Source: a virus
Lineage: Duplodnaviria > Caudoviricetes
Length of the DNA: 64,000 bases
Strand: one strand, 5' to 3'
Virus record (IMG/VR): IMGVR_UViG_3300009692_000017
Span: 1-64,000 of that record
The notes under the pieces were generated by a model, which worked only from the letters and a program-made list of their open reading frames with translations, searched no databases and had not been told where the DNA came from. Within the stretch, counting starts at the first letter, position 1. Each line of letters begins with the position of its first letter. The position numbers and the translations under genes were made by a program. Shown piece by piece: positions 1 through 9,610 of this stretch.

Positions 1-201
1 CGTTAAATGTTCAATTCCTTCTAAACTAGTTAATGATTTATCAGAACAACTCAAATGTGTTATTTGATCTAATGGTTTATTTTGCTTTTTGGCCAACGTT
101 ATTATCGGTGTATCATTATCGTCGTTCCAATCTTCCTCGCCATATGGATCAATGTCTTGTCTACTTAATTGTTCAAATATTTTAAAATTCATTAAATTCA
201 T
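1..201 (-). CDS. Leucine-rich-repeat protein, 5' part (runs off the window); carries the DPYGEEDW tag
   Basis: Manual translation: MNLMNFKIFEQLSRQDIDPYGEEDWNDDNDTPIITLAKKQNKPLDQITHLSCSDKSLTSLEGIEHLT. Near-identical to 20941-21123. Confidence 0.8.
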   Translation of the reverse strand, partial: MNLMNFKIFEQLSRQDIDPYGEEDWNDDNDTPIITLAKKQNKPLDQITHLSCSDKSLTSLEGIEHLT

Positions 202-218
202 TTTATATTTTTTTATTT

Positions 219-2051
219 TTATACTGGCGGAGCTTCTATAATAATGATATTTAAAATTCCATAACCGACAACATAACTATTTTTAGCATATCCCCTAACA
301 TAATAAATTCCGGAGGATAATCCAGTTTCTGTAATACTATAATTTAGTGGTAATTTATATGGTGGTGATTTATGATATACTACACAAGTATCTCCAGTGG
401 TCGGAGATCCGGTATTATTATAACACCATCCAACTTCAGTACACAGAGTTCCCCCATCGCTTACTAGTTGACACGAATATGTTATACTATCAGATGTGGT
501 ACTATATTTTAAAGTATCAACAACAGGCGGAATTGGAGCTAATGTCATAGTATGTCCTGTTGTTCCTGTTCCAGTATAACCATCTATATTAGTAGCAAAA
601 GCTCTATATGAATATTCTTGTAGTGGAGTTAAACCAGTAAGTGTACAATAATATGATCCAACTTTACCGTTTTCATTTGTATAAATAACAGTGTCAGTGA
701 ATGTGTCTGTAATTCCTTCGGCATATTCTATACCTCTATAATCTATTTCCGTATAACCACTCGGTGATCCCGACTTATAACCTGTTGAAATAACTCTACC
801 TAGAATTGACATAGAATAAGATGATATATTTTGACTTCCTATTGTTTCTACAACTGGTGGGGAGTCTGATTTATCTTTTGTAATAAAAGTATCAACAGTA
901 CCATATGATATTCCATTTTTATTTATAGCATATACTTTATAATAATAATTTGTAAGATAAATTAGATTAACTATACTAGTAGAAAATGTTCCGGGTTGAC
1001 CATTCGGTACAGTATCAGCTATTTGTTTTATATTTGGATTAATTGTACTTCCCCAATATATTCCCCATTCTGTTATATTATTTCCTCCATTATCGGTCAC
1101 TGTTCCTTTTACTATAGCGTAATCCATGCCAACATTTTCAGTCGGTGTAGATGATGTAAAAACTATCGGTGGTCTTCCGATTCCGCCATTGGCTAAATTC
1201 TCAGGATCATATATTTTCAAAACAAATTTATTATCATAGTCTTGCATTAAGATAGCTGTTGTATAATTTTTTATATTTATATCGCCACTTATAATTTCAG
1301 CATAAGAATTGCATATACTTCTACGTCTATTATCATCTCTGACTCTATAATAGTCACTTTCTTCATTTATATAAACATCATATAAAATATCAGAAATATC
1401 TTTTAATCCATATATTGTGCTTATACTATTAAACGTCATTTCACTTGTCGAATAAATCTTCAAAGTGACTCCTGTGATATCTGAAGTAGCATTCGTTGAT
1501 AATGTGATAGAATCATCTCCTATAGAATTTATAGTTGTGTCACTTGGAATTCCGTCTGCTGAGACTATCATTCCTAATACAATTTCTTCTGTTGAACTAA
1601 CATTTAAAATAACATTAGATCCATTTGTTAAATCGCCAGTTGGCGGTTTTGTCGGTTTATGTGTCTCAATGACTATATATTCATTCGGAACCAAATCCAC
1701 TATTAAAGTCTTACGTATAATACTGTAAAATATAAAATCCCCCTCAGACAACGGATCTGGGTAAGAACCCGATAATTTAAGATTAACAAATGTGTTTTTT
1801 CTGAAATATTGAGTTAAATCTGTAGTTAATTTTATTAATGTACCCCTAGAGTCTTCTTTTGTTGTTGGATATATATTTGGATTTGGTCTTTGATCATAAT
1901 AGGTTATATCCGTAGTATCTCCACTTGTTATAGTATTATCTAATAAAAAAGAATATCCGCTAAATATATCTTTATTAATTGATATTAGATGATCATATAG
2001 TTTATATTTTATATAATAATTAGAAGTAGTAAATTTGTTGTATTGCATCAA
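219..2051 (-). CDS. Putative virion structural protein with C-terminal fibronectin type III-like repeats
   Basis: Three repeats of the form P.V.T...G.V..GG......G..W/Y....L...T.Y.YRA(F/Y)A.N..G..YG; Thr/Ser/Gly-rich. Confidence 0.6.
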   Translation of the reverse strand: MMQYNKFTTSNYYIKYKLYDHLISINKDIFSGYSFLLDNTITSGDTTDITYYDQRPNPNIYPTTKEDSRGTLIKLTTDLTQYFRKNTFVNLKLSGSYPDPLSEGDFIFYSIIRKTLIVDLVPNEYIVIETHKPTKPPTGDLTNGSNVILNVSSTEEIVLGMIVSADGIPSDTTINSIGDDSITLSTNATSDITGVTLKIYSTSEMTFNSISTIYGLKDISDILYDVYINEESDYYRVRDDNRRRSICNSYAEIISGDINIKNYTTAILMQDYDNKFVLKIYDPENLANGGIGRPPIVFTSSTPTENVGMDYAIVKGTVTDNGGNNITEWGIYWGSTINPNIKQIADTVPNGQPGTFSTSIVNLIYLTNYYYKVYAINKNGISYGTVDTFITKDKSDSPPVVETIGSQNISSYSMSILGRVISTGYKSGSPSGYTEIDYRGIEYAEGITDTFTDTVIYTNENGKVGSYYCTLTGLTPLQEYSYRAFATNIDGYTGTGTTGHTMTLAPIPPVVDTLKYSTTSDSITYSCQLVSDGGTLCTEVGWCYNNTGSPTTGDTCVVYHKSPPYKLPLNYSITETGLSSGIYYVRGYAKNSYVVGYGILNIIIIEAPPV

Positions 2052-2066
2052 AATTTAATTTTTTTT

Positions 2067-3365
2067 TTAATCATTTGGTTCAAATTCAAAAGTTAAACCA
2101 TCGTAATCAAAATACATATTGTCATTGTAATCCACTGGATAAACATAATGCCACGGTCTAGTTGGAGCACTTCCAGCACTAGCATATATATAATTTATAT
2201 TAAAATATTTAGCATAATATGATTCCATCATAGTTTCACCAACATATCCTCTTTCAAAAGTATCTGGAATAGAGTACATTAAATTAGTAAATGAATAATT
2301 AGATTCTGTTGTTCCTGTATGATAATCATTCAATATATAATCCTGTATATGATCTTTTATTACTATATAATTTGGATAACCTGGCGGTTCTATTTCTACA
2401 ATAAATGATTTTATTTCAACGTTTGCCATTTCTGATGTAGAACCAGTTATACTTAATTTTATATAATCATTTATTTTAGCACTAGAACAAATGGTAGAAT
2501 TAGTTTTTATATAAGTATTTATATCAGTTGAACCACTGTGATTAAATATATTGCATTCTGATTCTGTACATCCTTGGACACCAGTTGTTCCTAAATAAAT
2601 AAATTTTGATGTGTCTCCTGTTGCCTTTATCGTGTATGTATGTCCGCTAGTGTCGTAATAATAACTCGGTGTATTTTCATGATACTTTATGTTTACATAT
2701 CCTCCCTCTGATATAGTTCTTCCGCTAAAACCAATATATAAATCAGCATTTCTATTGACTGATATTCTAGCTGCTTGATAATCTGTAAATATTAATCCTG
2801 GAACTATAGAAGTATCAAATAAATTATAATTAAATAAATTTTTTACAATATATCCATGTCCATCTAAAAATTCCTTTTTTTCTTCAATGCCTATATGACC
2901 ACCAATTGGAAATCTATTTCCAATGTTTTTTAAATGAAATTGTTTACCTTTATTATTCCCCAATTTAACATAAGCTTTATATCTCCAAGTAACACCAGTA
3001 TCGGCTAAATCGTCAGTTAAATTAAGATACCCTCTTGGATCTACAGTATAAACATCATTTTGTCTTGTATCTATTTGCGATACTAATAAAACTTTATGGT
3101 TTGTTTTTAAATAAACACCGTCCAATTGATAATATTTTTGTGTTAAATCAATATTTGTTGTGCAACAAATATCTACTTGATTTAAATTAACCATAAAATT
3201 ATTTATAATATCGAATTCATTATACATACAATATATGCAATAATTAGTACCGACCATTAAATTCATATCATAGATATTATCTAACTGATTTACGTATTGA
3301 TAAGTGATACCTGATAAACACTTTTGATATTTAAAATAAACATCGTTTATGTTGAAAACATCCAT
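2067..3365 (-). CDS. Putative virion structural/tail-associated protein
   Basis: TTNIDL...LDGVYLKTNHKVLLVSQIDTRQNDVYTV resembles the IDGV.L..GDRVLV..Q....NGIY motif of phage tail-fibre-type proteins; many [ST]GxT motifs. Confidence 0.5.
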   Translation of the reverse strand: MDVFNINDVYFKYQKCLSGITYQYVNQLDNIYDMNLMVGTNYCIYCMYNEFDIINNFMVNLNQVDICCTTNIDLTQKYYQLDGVYLKTNHKVLLVSQIDTRQNDVYTVDPRGYLNLTDDLADTGVTWRYKAYVKLGNNKGKQFHLKNIGNRFPIGGHIGIEEKKEFLDGHGYIVKNLFNYNLFDTSIVPGLIFTDYQAARISVNRNADLYIGFSGRTISEGGYVNIKYHENTPSYYYDTSGHTYTIKATGDTSKFIYLGTTGVQGCTESECNIFNHSGSTDINTYIKTNSTICSSAKINDYIKLSITGSTSEMANVEIKSFIVEIEPPGYPNYIVIKDHIQDYILNDYHTGTTESNYSFTNLMYSIPDTFERGYVGETMMESYYAKYFNINYIYASAGSAPTRPWHYVYPVDYNDNMYFDYDGLTFEFEPND

Positions 3366-3459
3366 TATATAATTTGGTTTTTAACTATATATAGATTTTT
3401 TAATCATCAAAATGTCATACTAAAAATTAAATATATAAAAAAAAATAAAAAATGGGTTA

Positions 3460-4572
3460 ATGATATTAAATATTAAAAGTTTAACCGATTTGTCTGGTTT
3501 TTATGTTGTTTTTAACAGAACAATAATTAATGAAAAAGATAAAATATATGGAATATCTCATTTAATCGAACATTTAATAGGTCATAATTTCGACGATGAT
3601 ATAATAGAGAATTTTCAGAACGACGGAATAACATGGAATGCTTATACATCACCAACAAATATAGTTTTTTATATGATTGGACTTGATAAATATTTAATAA
3701 AATATAAGGATTTATTTTTAGATAAATTGTTGTACATAGATATAAATGATGATGATTTTATTATTGAAAAAAAATCGTTACTCGAAGAATATACTAGTTT
3801 ATTTAACATACAAAACTCATCGCATGTTTTAAATTTATACAGAAAATTATTTGGTTCTTATAATACTATAGGTAAAAAAGAAGACATAATTGGTATAACT
3901 AAAAAAGATTGTTATGATTATAGATTGGAAAATTATAAATATCCTTCAAAAATAATAAATGTATCTAAAAATTCTATTTTCGATACTGATATGAAATTAA
4001 ATGATTTAGAAAATGATTATCACGTTGATTTTAAAAATGATACCGGAATTACATATGAAAAACATTTCACATTAAATAAATCTTCTATAATATATATGTC
4101 TCCTATAATTCGCGATAATTGGGATTCCGTATTTTTTATAAATTATATTTTATCAAATGGTATTGGTTCAGTTTTGTATAAAAATATAAGAAAGAAAAAT
4201 GGTTTGGCTTATTATATAAAATGTAATATAGATAGAATGAGCGACTTTTCAGGAATTAATGTAATATCAATTGAAACCGAAGACAATAATGTGCCTTATT
4301 TGATTGACAATTTAGATAAAACTTTAAAAAATAAATTATTCCTCACTAAAGAAAAATTCGAAAATGTTAAAAATTCAATAATAAATAAAATTGATACAAT
4401 ATCCATCAATAGATATAACAATATAGATTGTTATATAAAACCAGAAAAATGGTCAATTGAAAAACAAATACATAGAATAACACTTGATGATATTATAGAA
4501 ACATATGATAAATACTTTAATGTTGATTATTTTATTAAAAGCGTGGATAAAGAAGATTTTAGAAAAAAATGA
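3460..4572 (+). CDS. M16 (insulinase-family) zinc peptidase
   Basis: GISHLIEHL (HxxEH), WNAYTS, and downstream LYKNIRKKNGLAYYI typical of M16 C-terminal domains. Confidence 0.85.
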   Translation: MILNIKSLTDLSGFYVVFNRTIINEKDKIYGISHLIEHLIGHNFDDDIIENFQNDGITWNAYTSPTNIVFYMIGLDKYLIKYKDLFLDKLLYIDINDDDFIIEKKSLLEEYTSLFNIQNSSHVLNLYRKLFGSYNTIGKKEDIIGITKKDCYDYRLENYKYPSKIINVSKNSIFDTDMKLNDLENDYHVDFKNDTGITYEKHFTLNKSSIIYMSPIIRDNWDSVFFINYILSNGIGSVLYKNIRKKNGLAYYIKCNIDRMSDFSGINVISIETEDNNVPYLIDNLDKTLKNKLFLTKEKFENVKNSIINKIDTISINRYNNIDCYIKPEKWSIEKQIHRITLDDIIETYDKYFNVDYFIKSVDKEDFRKK

Positions 4573-4673
4573 ATAAAAAATAATAATATATAAGATTAAT
4601 AATAATATATTTTTTTCACTTAAATCGTAGGCTTCTGATTTTTTCTAAAGTATTTTAAAAATGAATTAAAATA

Positions 4674-4829
4674 ATGGAAAACGATAAAGAAAACAAAATT
4701 TCTTTTATATTGCAAAATTTCATTGATGAATTGACAGCTGGTTATGGTATGTCGAATGAGGAAAAGACAAAACTAGAAAAAATGGCAAAAGAAGACCCAA
4801 CTAAATTGTATAATCAAGTTCGTCAATAA
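4674..4829 (+). CDS. Small hypothetical protein (51 aa)
   Basis: Manual ORF MENDKENKISFILQNFIDELTAGYGMSNEEKTKLEKMAKEDPTKLYNQVRQ behind an A-rich leader. Confidence 0.55.
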   Translation: MENDKENKISFILQNFIDELTAGYGMSNEEKTKLEKMAKEDPTKLYNQVRQ

Positions 4830-4857
4830 AAAATTTTTTTATTCCAACACGAATGAT

Positions 4858-4865
4858 TAATTTTG
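4858..4865 (+). promoter_or_regulatory. Bacteroidota-type primary-sigma -7 element (TAnnTTTG)
   Basis: TAATTTTG about 26 nt upstream of 4892. Flanking context (T-run, AT, AATGA) matches the element at 26888. Confidence 0.5.
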
Positions 4866-4891
4866 CATTGTTTATTAAAAATCATTTATAA

Positions 4892-5293
4892 ATGAATTGT
4901 ATTTTTCTTGACGATATAAGAGAACCAAAAGATTCCTTTTTTTACACAAAAGACATAAGATATCTAAAATTAGATTGGATGATTGTTAGATCTTATGATG
5001 AGTTCGTAAAAACAATAAAAAATATAGGTATTGATAAAATTGATATCATCAGTTTTGATCATGACCTGGCTGACGAACATTATGGGCATGAAGAACAGCC
5101 TTGGAGTACAGACGGAATTATAGATTATTTTTCATTTGTTGAAAAAACTGGATATGATTGTGCTAAATGGTTATGTGATTATGCATTGGAAACAAATAAA
5201 AAATTACCAGAAATTTTAATACATTCTTTTAATCATATTGGGGCTGAAAACATTAAACAATATATAAAAAACTTTATAAAATATAATACATGA
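4892..5293 (+). CDS. Cyclic-phosphate-processing receiver-like domain protein
   Basis: IFLDDIREP, VRSYDEFV, ISFDHDL, TGYDCAKWL and IHSFNHIGAENI motifs. Confidence 0.75.
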   Translation: MNCIFLDDIREPKDSFFYTKDIRYLKLDWMIVRSYDEFVKTIKNIGIDKIDIISFDHDLADEHYGHEEQPWSTDGIIDYFSFVEKTGYDCAKWLCDYALETNKKLPEILIHSFNHIGAENIKQYIKNFIKYNT

Positions 5294-5487
5294 AAACGAA
5301 AGAAGATTTCAAATTTCTCATTGGTAAAACAATAGAACAATCAAAACAATTTTTAGAAAAACCATATTTCATAACCATCGTAGAGAATGATGGAAGATCA
5401 ATTTATGCATCATATGAATATTGCCCGCATAGAATTAAAGTTTGTGTGACAAATAGTATTATATCTAGAATAGATGATGTTAGTTAA
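5290..5487 (+). CDS. Small hypothetical protein, weak I78/potato-inhibitor-like pattern
   Basis: LIGKT..., EYCPHRIKVCVTNSIISRI; ATGA overlap with the upstream gene. Confidence 0.4.
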   Translation: MKTKEDFKFLIGKTIEQSKQFLEKPYFITIVENDGRSIYASYEYCPHRIKVCVTNSIISRIDDVS

Positions 5488-5505
5488 ACAAAAAAAAATT
5501 AAAAA

Positions 5506-6012
5506 ATGATAACTGAAAGAATTAATAGACAAATTAAAGGAGTTCAAGAAGTAAGAATCACTGGCGAAGGAATTGAAAGTAGAGTCGTCAGTATACAAGA
5601 AGCTTTAAAAATTTCCGATGAAATGGGACTCGATTTAGTAGAAATATCACCGAACTCTAAACCACCAGTTTGTAAAATAATAAATTATGGAAAACTTTTG
5701 TACGAAAGAAAACAAAGAGAAAAAGAACAAAAACAAAATAATAAAAAAATTAAAATAAAAGAATTGAGATTTACTTATAATACTGGCGAACATGATTTTA
5801 ATTTTAAATTAAATCACGCTATTAATTTCTTGAAAGAAGGACATAAGGTTAAAGCTTTCGTTTTCTTCTCTGGTAGGGAACTAAATTACATAGATGCTGG
5901 TAAACTTCTTCTATTGAAATTTGTCGATTCATTGAATGATGTCGGTAAAGTCGAGGCTATGCCAAAACTTGACGGAAAAAGATTATGGGTTATGATAAAT
6001 CCGAAAAAATAA
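5506..6012 (+). CDS. infC: Translation initiation factor IF-3
   Basis: RINRQI...EVR, LDLVEISPNSKPPVCKIINYGK, KELRF, HDFNFKL, FLKEGHKVK, F.GRE. Confidence 0.95.
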   Translation: MITERINRQIKGVQEVRITGEGIESRVVSIQEALKISDEMGLDLVEISPNSKPPVCKIINYGKLLYERKQREKEQKQNNKKIKIKELRFTYNTGEHDFNFKLNHAINFLKEGHKVKAFVFFSGRELNYIDAGKLLLLKFVDSLNDVGKVEAMPKLDGKRLWVMINPKK

Positions 6013-6069
6013 ACTTCTATATTATTTTTTGATACAAATTAAAAAGCGAAAAAATAATAAATTAGTAAT

Positions 6070-6300
6070 ATGAAATACTTAATATACATAATAAAAGAAA
6101 AGTTTAATATAATATTTGATATTAAGAAAACTTATAAATGTATCGCGTACATAAATGAAAAGGAAAAAGTAGATAAATTAGTAGATACTTTTGAAGTTAA
6201 AGAAGCTTCTGAAAGAAGAGCATTTAAAACCGCCTATGACATATTAAAATTAAAATATAATAATATGGGATTTGATATAAGAATATCTAAAGAAGAATAA
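6070..6300 (+). CDS. Hypothetical protein
   Basis: 76-aa ORF within an operon-like run. Confidence 0.55.
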   Translation: MKYLIYIIKEKFNIIFDIKKTYKCIAYINEKEKVDKLVDTFEVKEASERRAFKTAYDILKLKYNNMGFDIRISKEE

Positions 6301-6302
6301 TT

Positions 6303-6737
6303 ATGGAAAAAGAAGAAAAAAGGATAAATAGACTTAAAAATTGGTTTATAAAAATATTTGATGGTATTGATGTATTAACACAAGATCAACAACTAGCTTT
6401 TGATATATTTAAAATATGTTTATATGATGATAATAATATTAGATATTTAAATTCCAGTAACTCATATAAAAAATATATAGTTAATAAAAAATTCGTTTTA
6501 GATAAAGATGTTAGTACTTTTATTATTTTAGAAAGTGGTAAACTCACAATAATTAATCATACATATAAATACGATATTGAAATACCACAAAACACATCGC
6601 TTAAAATGAATAAAATGTTCGATCGGAAAGTAGAAGAGGATAGATCGATAATGGAAAAAGAAATACTTGGGAATATAACTTCGAGTCTTAATATAGTATT
6701 AACGAATTTTAAAAACAATCTAGAATCAAAATCGTGA
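6303..6737 (+). CDS. Hypothetical protein
   Basis: 144-aa ORF, tightly packed with its neighbours. Confidence 0.65.
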   Translation: MEKEEKRINRLKNWFIKIFDGIDVLTQDQQLAFDIFKICLYDDNNIRYLNSSNSYKKYIVNKKFVLDKDVSTFIILESGKLTIINHTYKYDIEIPQNTSLKMNKMFDRKVEEDRSIMEKEILGNITSSLNIVLTNFKNNLESKS

Positions 6738-7072
6738 AAAAATTCATTATAATTATTTATTTTTTATTTTTATCTTTTTTAAGTTATTCAGCACATCCAT
6801 TTGGTACCACAAAAGTATTTGATTGTAAGGATTTAAATAATGGTTGTGAAATGAAAATATATGCAAAAGCTGAATTGGGAACTATATATTTTTATATGGA
6901 AGATTATGTGGACGGATATGAATTATTTTTATACGATTCGCTAGGGAGAAAATTATTAGAACAAAAAATAGAAAACGAATCTAGTTTTAATAAAGAAAAT
7001 TTAACAAATGGCCTTTTCGTTATAAAAATAACTGATGGTAAAAAAGTATCCACGAAAAGAATTTTAATGTAA
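6734..7072 (+). CDS. Small secreted protein consisting mostly of a T9SS type-A C-terminal sorting domain
   Basis: Signal peptide MKKFIIIIYFLFLSFLSYSA; C-terminus LYDSLGRKLL...NLTNGLFVIKITDGKKVSTKRILM matches the Por/T9SS CTD pattern. Confidence 0.7.
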   Translation: MKKFIIIIYFLFLSFLSYSAHPFGTTKVFDCKDLNNGCEMKIYAKAELGTIYFYMEDYVDGYELFLYDSLGRKLLEQKIENESSFNKENLTNGLFVIKITDGKKVSTKRILM

Positions 7073-7080
7073 ATTCCATT

Positions 7081-7281
7081 CTACTCCCATTCTACATCTT
7101 TTTTATAAGAATTCACGAGTTTTTTAACTAATTCCTCGGATTGTTCTCTGGTCATATTACCAACAGGAATAATGAATTTTAAAATACGTGTCGGTGTAAT
7201 TGGAATGGATTCAGGAATGGGATCATCATTCCAATCTTCTTCACCGTATGGATCAATTTTTAATTTTTCTTCGTTTGTCAT
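7081..7281 (-). CDS. Small protein with an N-terminal DPYGEEDW tag
   Basis: MTNEEKLKIDPYGEEDWNDD...; overlaps the stop of the upstream RNase H-like gene. Confidence 0.7.
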   Translation of the reverse strand: MTNEEKLKIDPYGEEDWNDDPIPESIPITPTRILKFIIPVGNMTREQSEELVKKLVNSYKKDVEWE

Positions 7282-8246
7282 ATTTTTATCTCTTTTTTCA
7301 TCATATCATATAAATGTTTTGGCATAGATTCCTCATCTAATTTCACTAATTTCATATTTCTAATCAATCTTTCATTCATCATATCATCCATAAAGTCATC
7401 TTTTAATCTTTTATATAATTTAATATGTTCTATGATTCTATTTTTGAATTCGATAGAATTGAAATCGATTGGTTCAGGGTAAGTTTCTTTATATAGAGTA
7501 TAAATTTTTATTATTCCGTTTTTTCCAATGCCTCTATCACCTTTCATATAAACTGATTTAATATTATCCTTGTTATGTCCCATTATTTTCATAAATAATT
7601 CAAGTTCTGAGTTTAAATGAGTAACTTTTTTAGATTTGATAAAATTATCTATAAATCTTAAAAAATCTATTTCGTTATTATCTTCGAAAATATCATCGAC
7701 TATATTTTCTTTTATATGTTTAGTTAGTAAGTTATAATACTCTGGCACATATACTCTATCATCCAACATCTTATAGTTATACATGATGTTCATATATCTT
7801 TTATCAATATCGTAGTTCACTAGTTGATAAAGATCGCTATCATTTGACATGATAAAAACAGAATGTCCTTTATCGTTTAGTTTTTTTGTGATATATGAAA
7901 TAACATCATCCCCTTCTAAATTATCAATTTGATATTGAACACAATTTTTCTTTGAAGATATGAATTCTTCTTTAAATCTAGCGAATTCACGATATACAAA
8001 ATCCCAATTTATATTATCGTTTCTTTTACGTGTTCCTTTATATCCCTCAAACAATTCTTTTTTCCAGTTTTTATAACTATCTGAAACAAAATATATCTTA
8101 TCAAAAGGATATAAATTTGTGATATTATTGTAATCTCTTTCTATTACATTATATAATTCAGAATACAGAATTTTATTTTTATGTAGTATATGTACGGATT
8201 TTTGGAGTAAATAATTTGCATCAAAAATCAGGTCAAAATTTATCAT
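7278..8246 (-). CDS. T4 RNase H-like / FEN-type 5'-3' exonuclease
   Basis: IFDANYL, YFVSDS..W...F..YKGTRK, LEGDDVI, IMSNDSDLYQL, G...DNI....GIG. Confidence 0.85.
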   Translation of the reverse strand: MINFDLIFDANYLLQKSVHILHKNKILYSELYNVIERDYNNITNLYPFDKIYFVSDSYKNWKKELFEGYKGTRKRNDNINWDFVYREFARFKEEFISSKKNCVQYQIDNLEGDDVISYITKKLNDKGHSVFIMSNDSDLYQLVNYDIDKRYMNIMYNYKMLDDRVYVPEYYNLLTKHIKENIVDDIFEDNNEIDFLRFIDNFIKSKKVTHLNSELELFMKIMGHNKDNIKSVYMKGDRGIGKNGIIKIYTLYKETYPEPIDFNSIEFKNRIIEHIKLYKRLKDDFMDDMMNERLIRNMKLVKLDEESMPKHLYDMMKKEIKI

Positions 8247-8348
8247 TCATTAGCATTATTTTTTATTTATAAACATTTTAGCATAAAAAGTTTATTTCGT
8301 TTTTATATATAAAACAATAAGTTTATTCTTAAAAAATAATTTAAAAAA

Positions 8349-9293
8349 ATGTTTTATAATATGAGTTTCTATGCTTGGTTAATGAACGGGTGGTATTATG
8401 TTCGTTTTTATTTCAAATCATATTTAACAAATTATTTCAATAAAAAACAAAATAACCCAATTGGAAAAAAAGATTATAATTTAATCTTTTCTGACGAATT
8501 TGATCAACAAATCGATTGGGAAAAATGGAAATCTTGTGAAAAATGGGGATGTATAAGAGACATGGTTATTTTTAAACAATCCCAGGTTACACAGAATAGT
8601 AGTGACGCTATTTTGACATCAGATTTAAATGATGTACAGGATGAACCAAAAGCCAAAACGGGTGGTTTATATAGTTGGAATTCATTCAATACTACATATG
8701 GTTATTTTGAAACAAGAGAAAAATTGGCAATAGGGGGTCTTAGATACTGGCCAGCGTTTTGGTTATGTTCATCCGATAGTTGGCCTCCGGAAATTGATAT
8801 TTTTGAATTGATGGGGGATGATAGTTCTTATTTTACAATGACATTACATTGGAGAAATACATGGACAAATCGAGTCGAAATCGAAAAAATTTATATACAA
8901 ATATATAAAAAATATGGTTATATTTCAAATGATTATGACAAAACCATTAAATTCTTACAACAACCCGAATGGACTCAAGAAAAACAAAATTTTATAGATG
9001 AATTAGAATCTTTAACACCATTAGAACAAAAAGGAAGACGATTGAAATTTCCAAAAAAAGATTTTTTATCTTTGGATTATCACATTTATGCCTGCGAATG
9101 GGAATATAATAAAGTTGTTTGGTATATTGATAATTTACCGGTTTATATTCTAGATAAACACATCCCAGATAAAAATATGCTAGCTTTAATAAATAATAAC
9201 TACGTATATGATAATGAATATGGTCCAGTGCCATCACAACTTCCTATGAGCATTTATTGTGATTATTTTAGAGTCTATGAACCAATCCAATGA
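8349..9293 (+). CDS. Glycoside hydrolase family 16 protein
   Basis: LIFSDEFD, YGYFE.R, WPAFWL, catalytic EIDIFE, YHIYACEW, VWYID, DYFRVY. Confidence 0.88.
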   Translation: MFYNMSFYAWLMNGWYYVRFYFKSYLTNYFNKKQNNPIGKKDYNLIFSDEFDQQIDWEKWKSCEKWGCIRDMVIFKQSQVTQNSSDAILTSDLNDVQDEPKAKTGGLYSWNSFNTTYGYFETREKLAIGGLRYWPAFWLCSSDSWPPEIDIFELMGDDSSYFTMTLHWRNTWTNRVEIEKIYIQIYKKYGYISNDYDKTIKFLQQPEWTQEKQNFIDELESLTPLEQKGRRLKFPKKDFLSLDYHIYACEWEYNKVVWYIDNLPVYILDKHIPDKNMLALINNNYVYDNEYGPVPSQLPMSIYCDYFRVYEPIQ

Positions 9294-9305
9294 CAACAAA
9301 TAAAA

Positions 9306-9587
9306 TTAAATAAAATAAGATACTCTATCGAAATGAGTACCATCATTATCCTCGTATGTATAGAAAATTGTTATGGATTCTAATTTTCCTTTATTTCTGA
9401 TTTTTTGACCGCCTTCAACTATCATATTATCATTTTTATATTTCAATTCTATTCCAGGTTTTTCTCCGAGAATATTCAAAAGATCATTTTTAATTTGACT
9501 GACGCTAATTGAGTTTTCATCGAGTTCTACTAATGACATATAATCATTTATTTGTTTTCTTCTCAATTCAATTATATTATTCATCAT
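9306..9587 (-). CDS. Hypothetical protein
   Basis: 93-aa ORF downstream of the kinase. Confidence 0.6.
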   Translation of the reverse strand: MMNNIIELRRKQINDYMSLVELDENSISVSQIKNDLLNILGEKPGIELKYKNDNMIVEGGQKIRNKGKLESITIFYTYEDNDGTHFDRVSYFI

Positions 9588-9610
9588 TATAAATTATTAT
9601 TTTTTTATAT

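Noticed and set aside
2041-2075. Homopolymer frameshift joining 2067-3365 and 219-2051
   Set aside because: The upstream stop precedes the A-run and the downstream ORF has its own start; two genes is the simpler reading.
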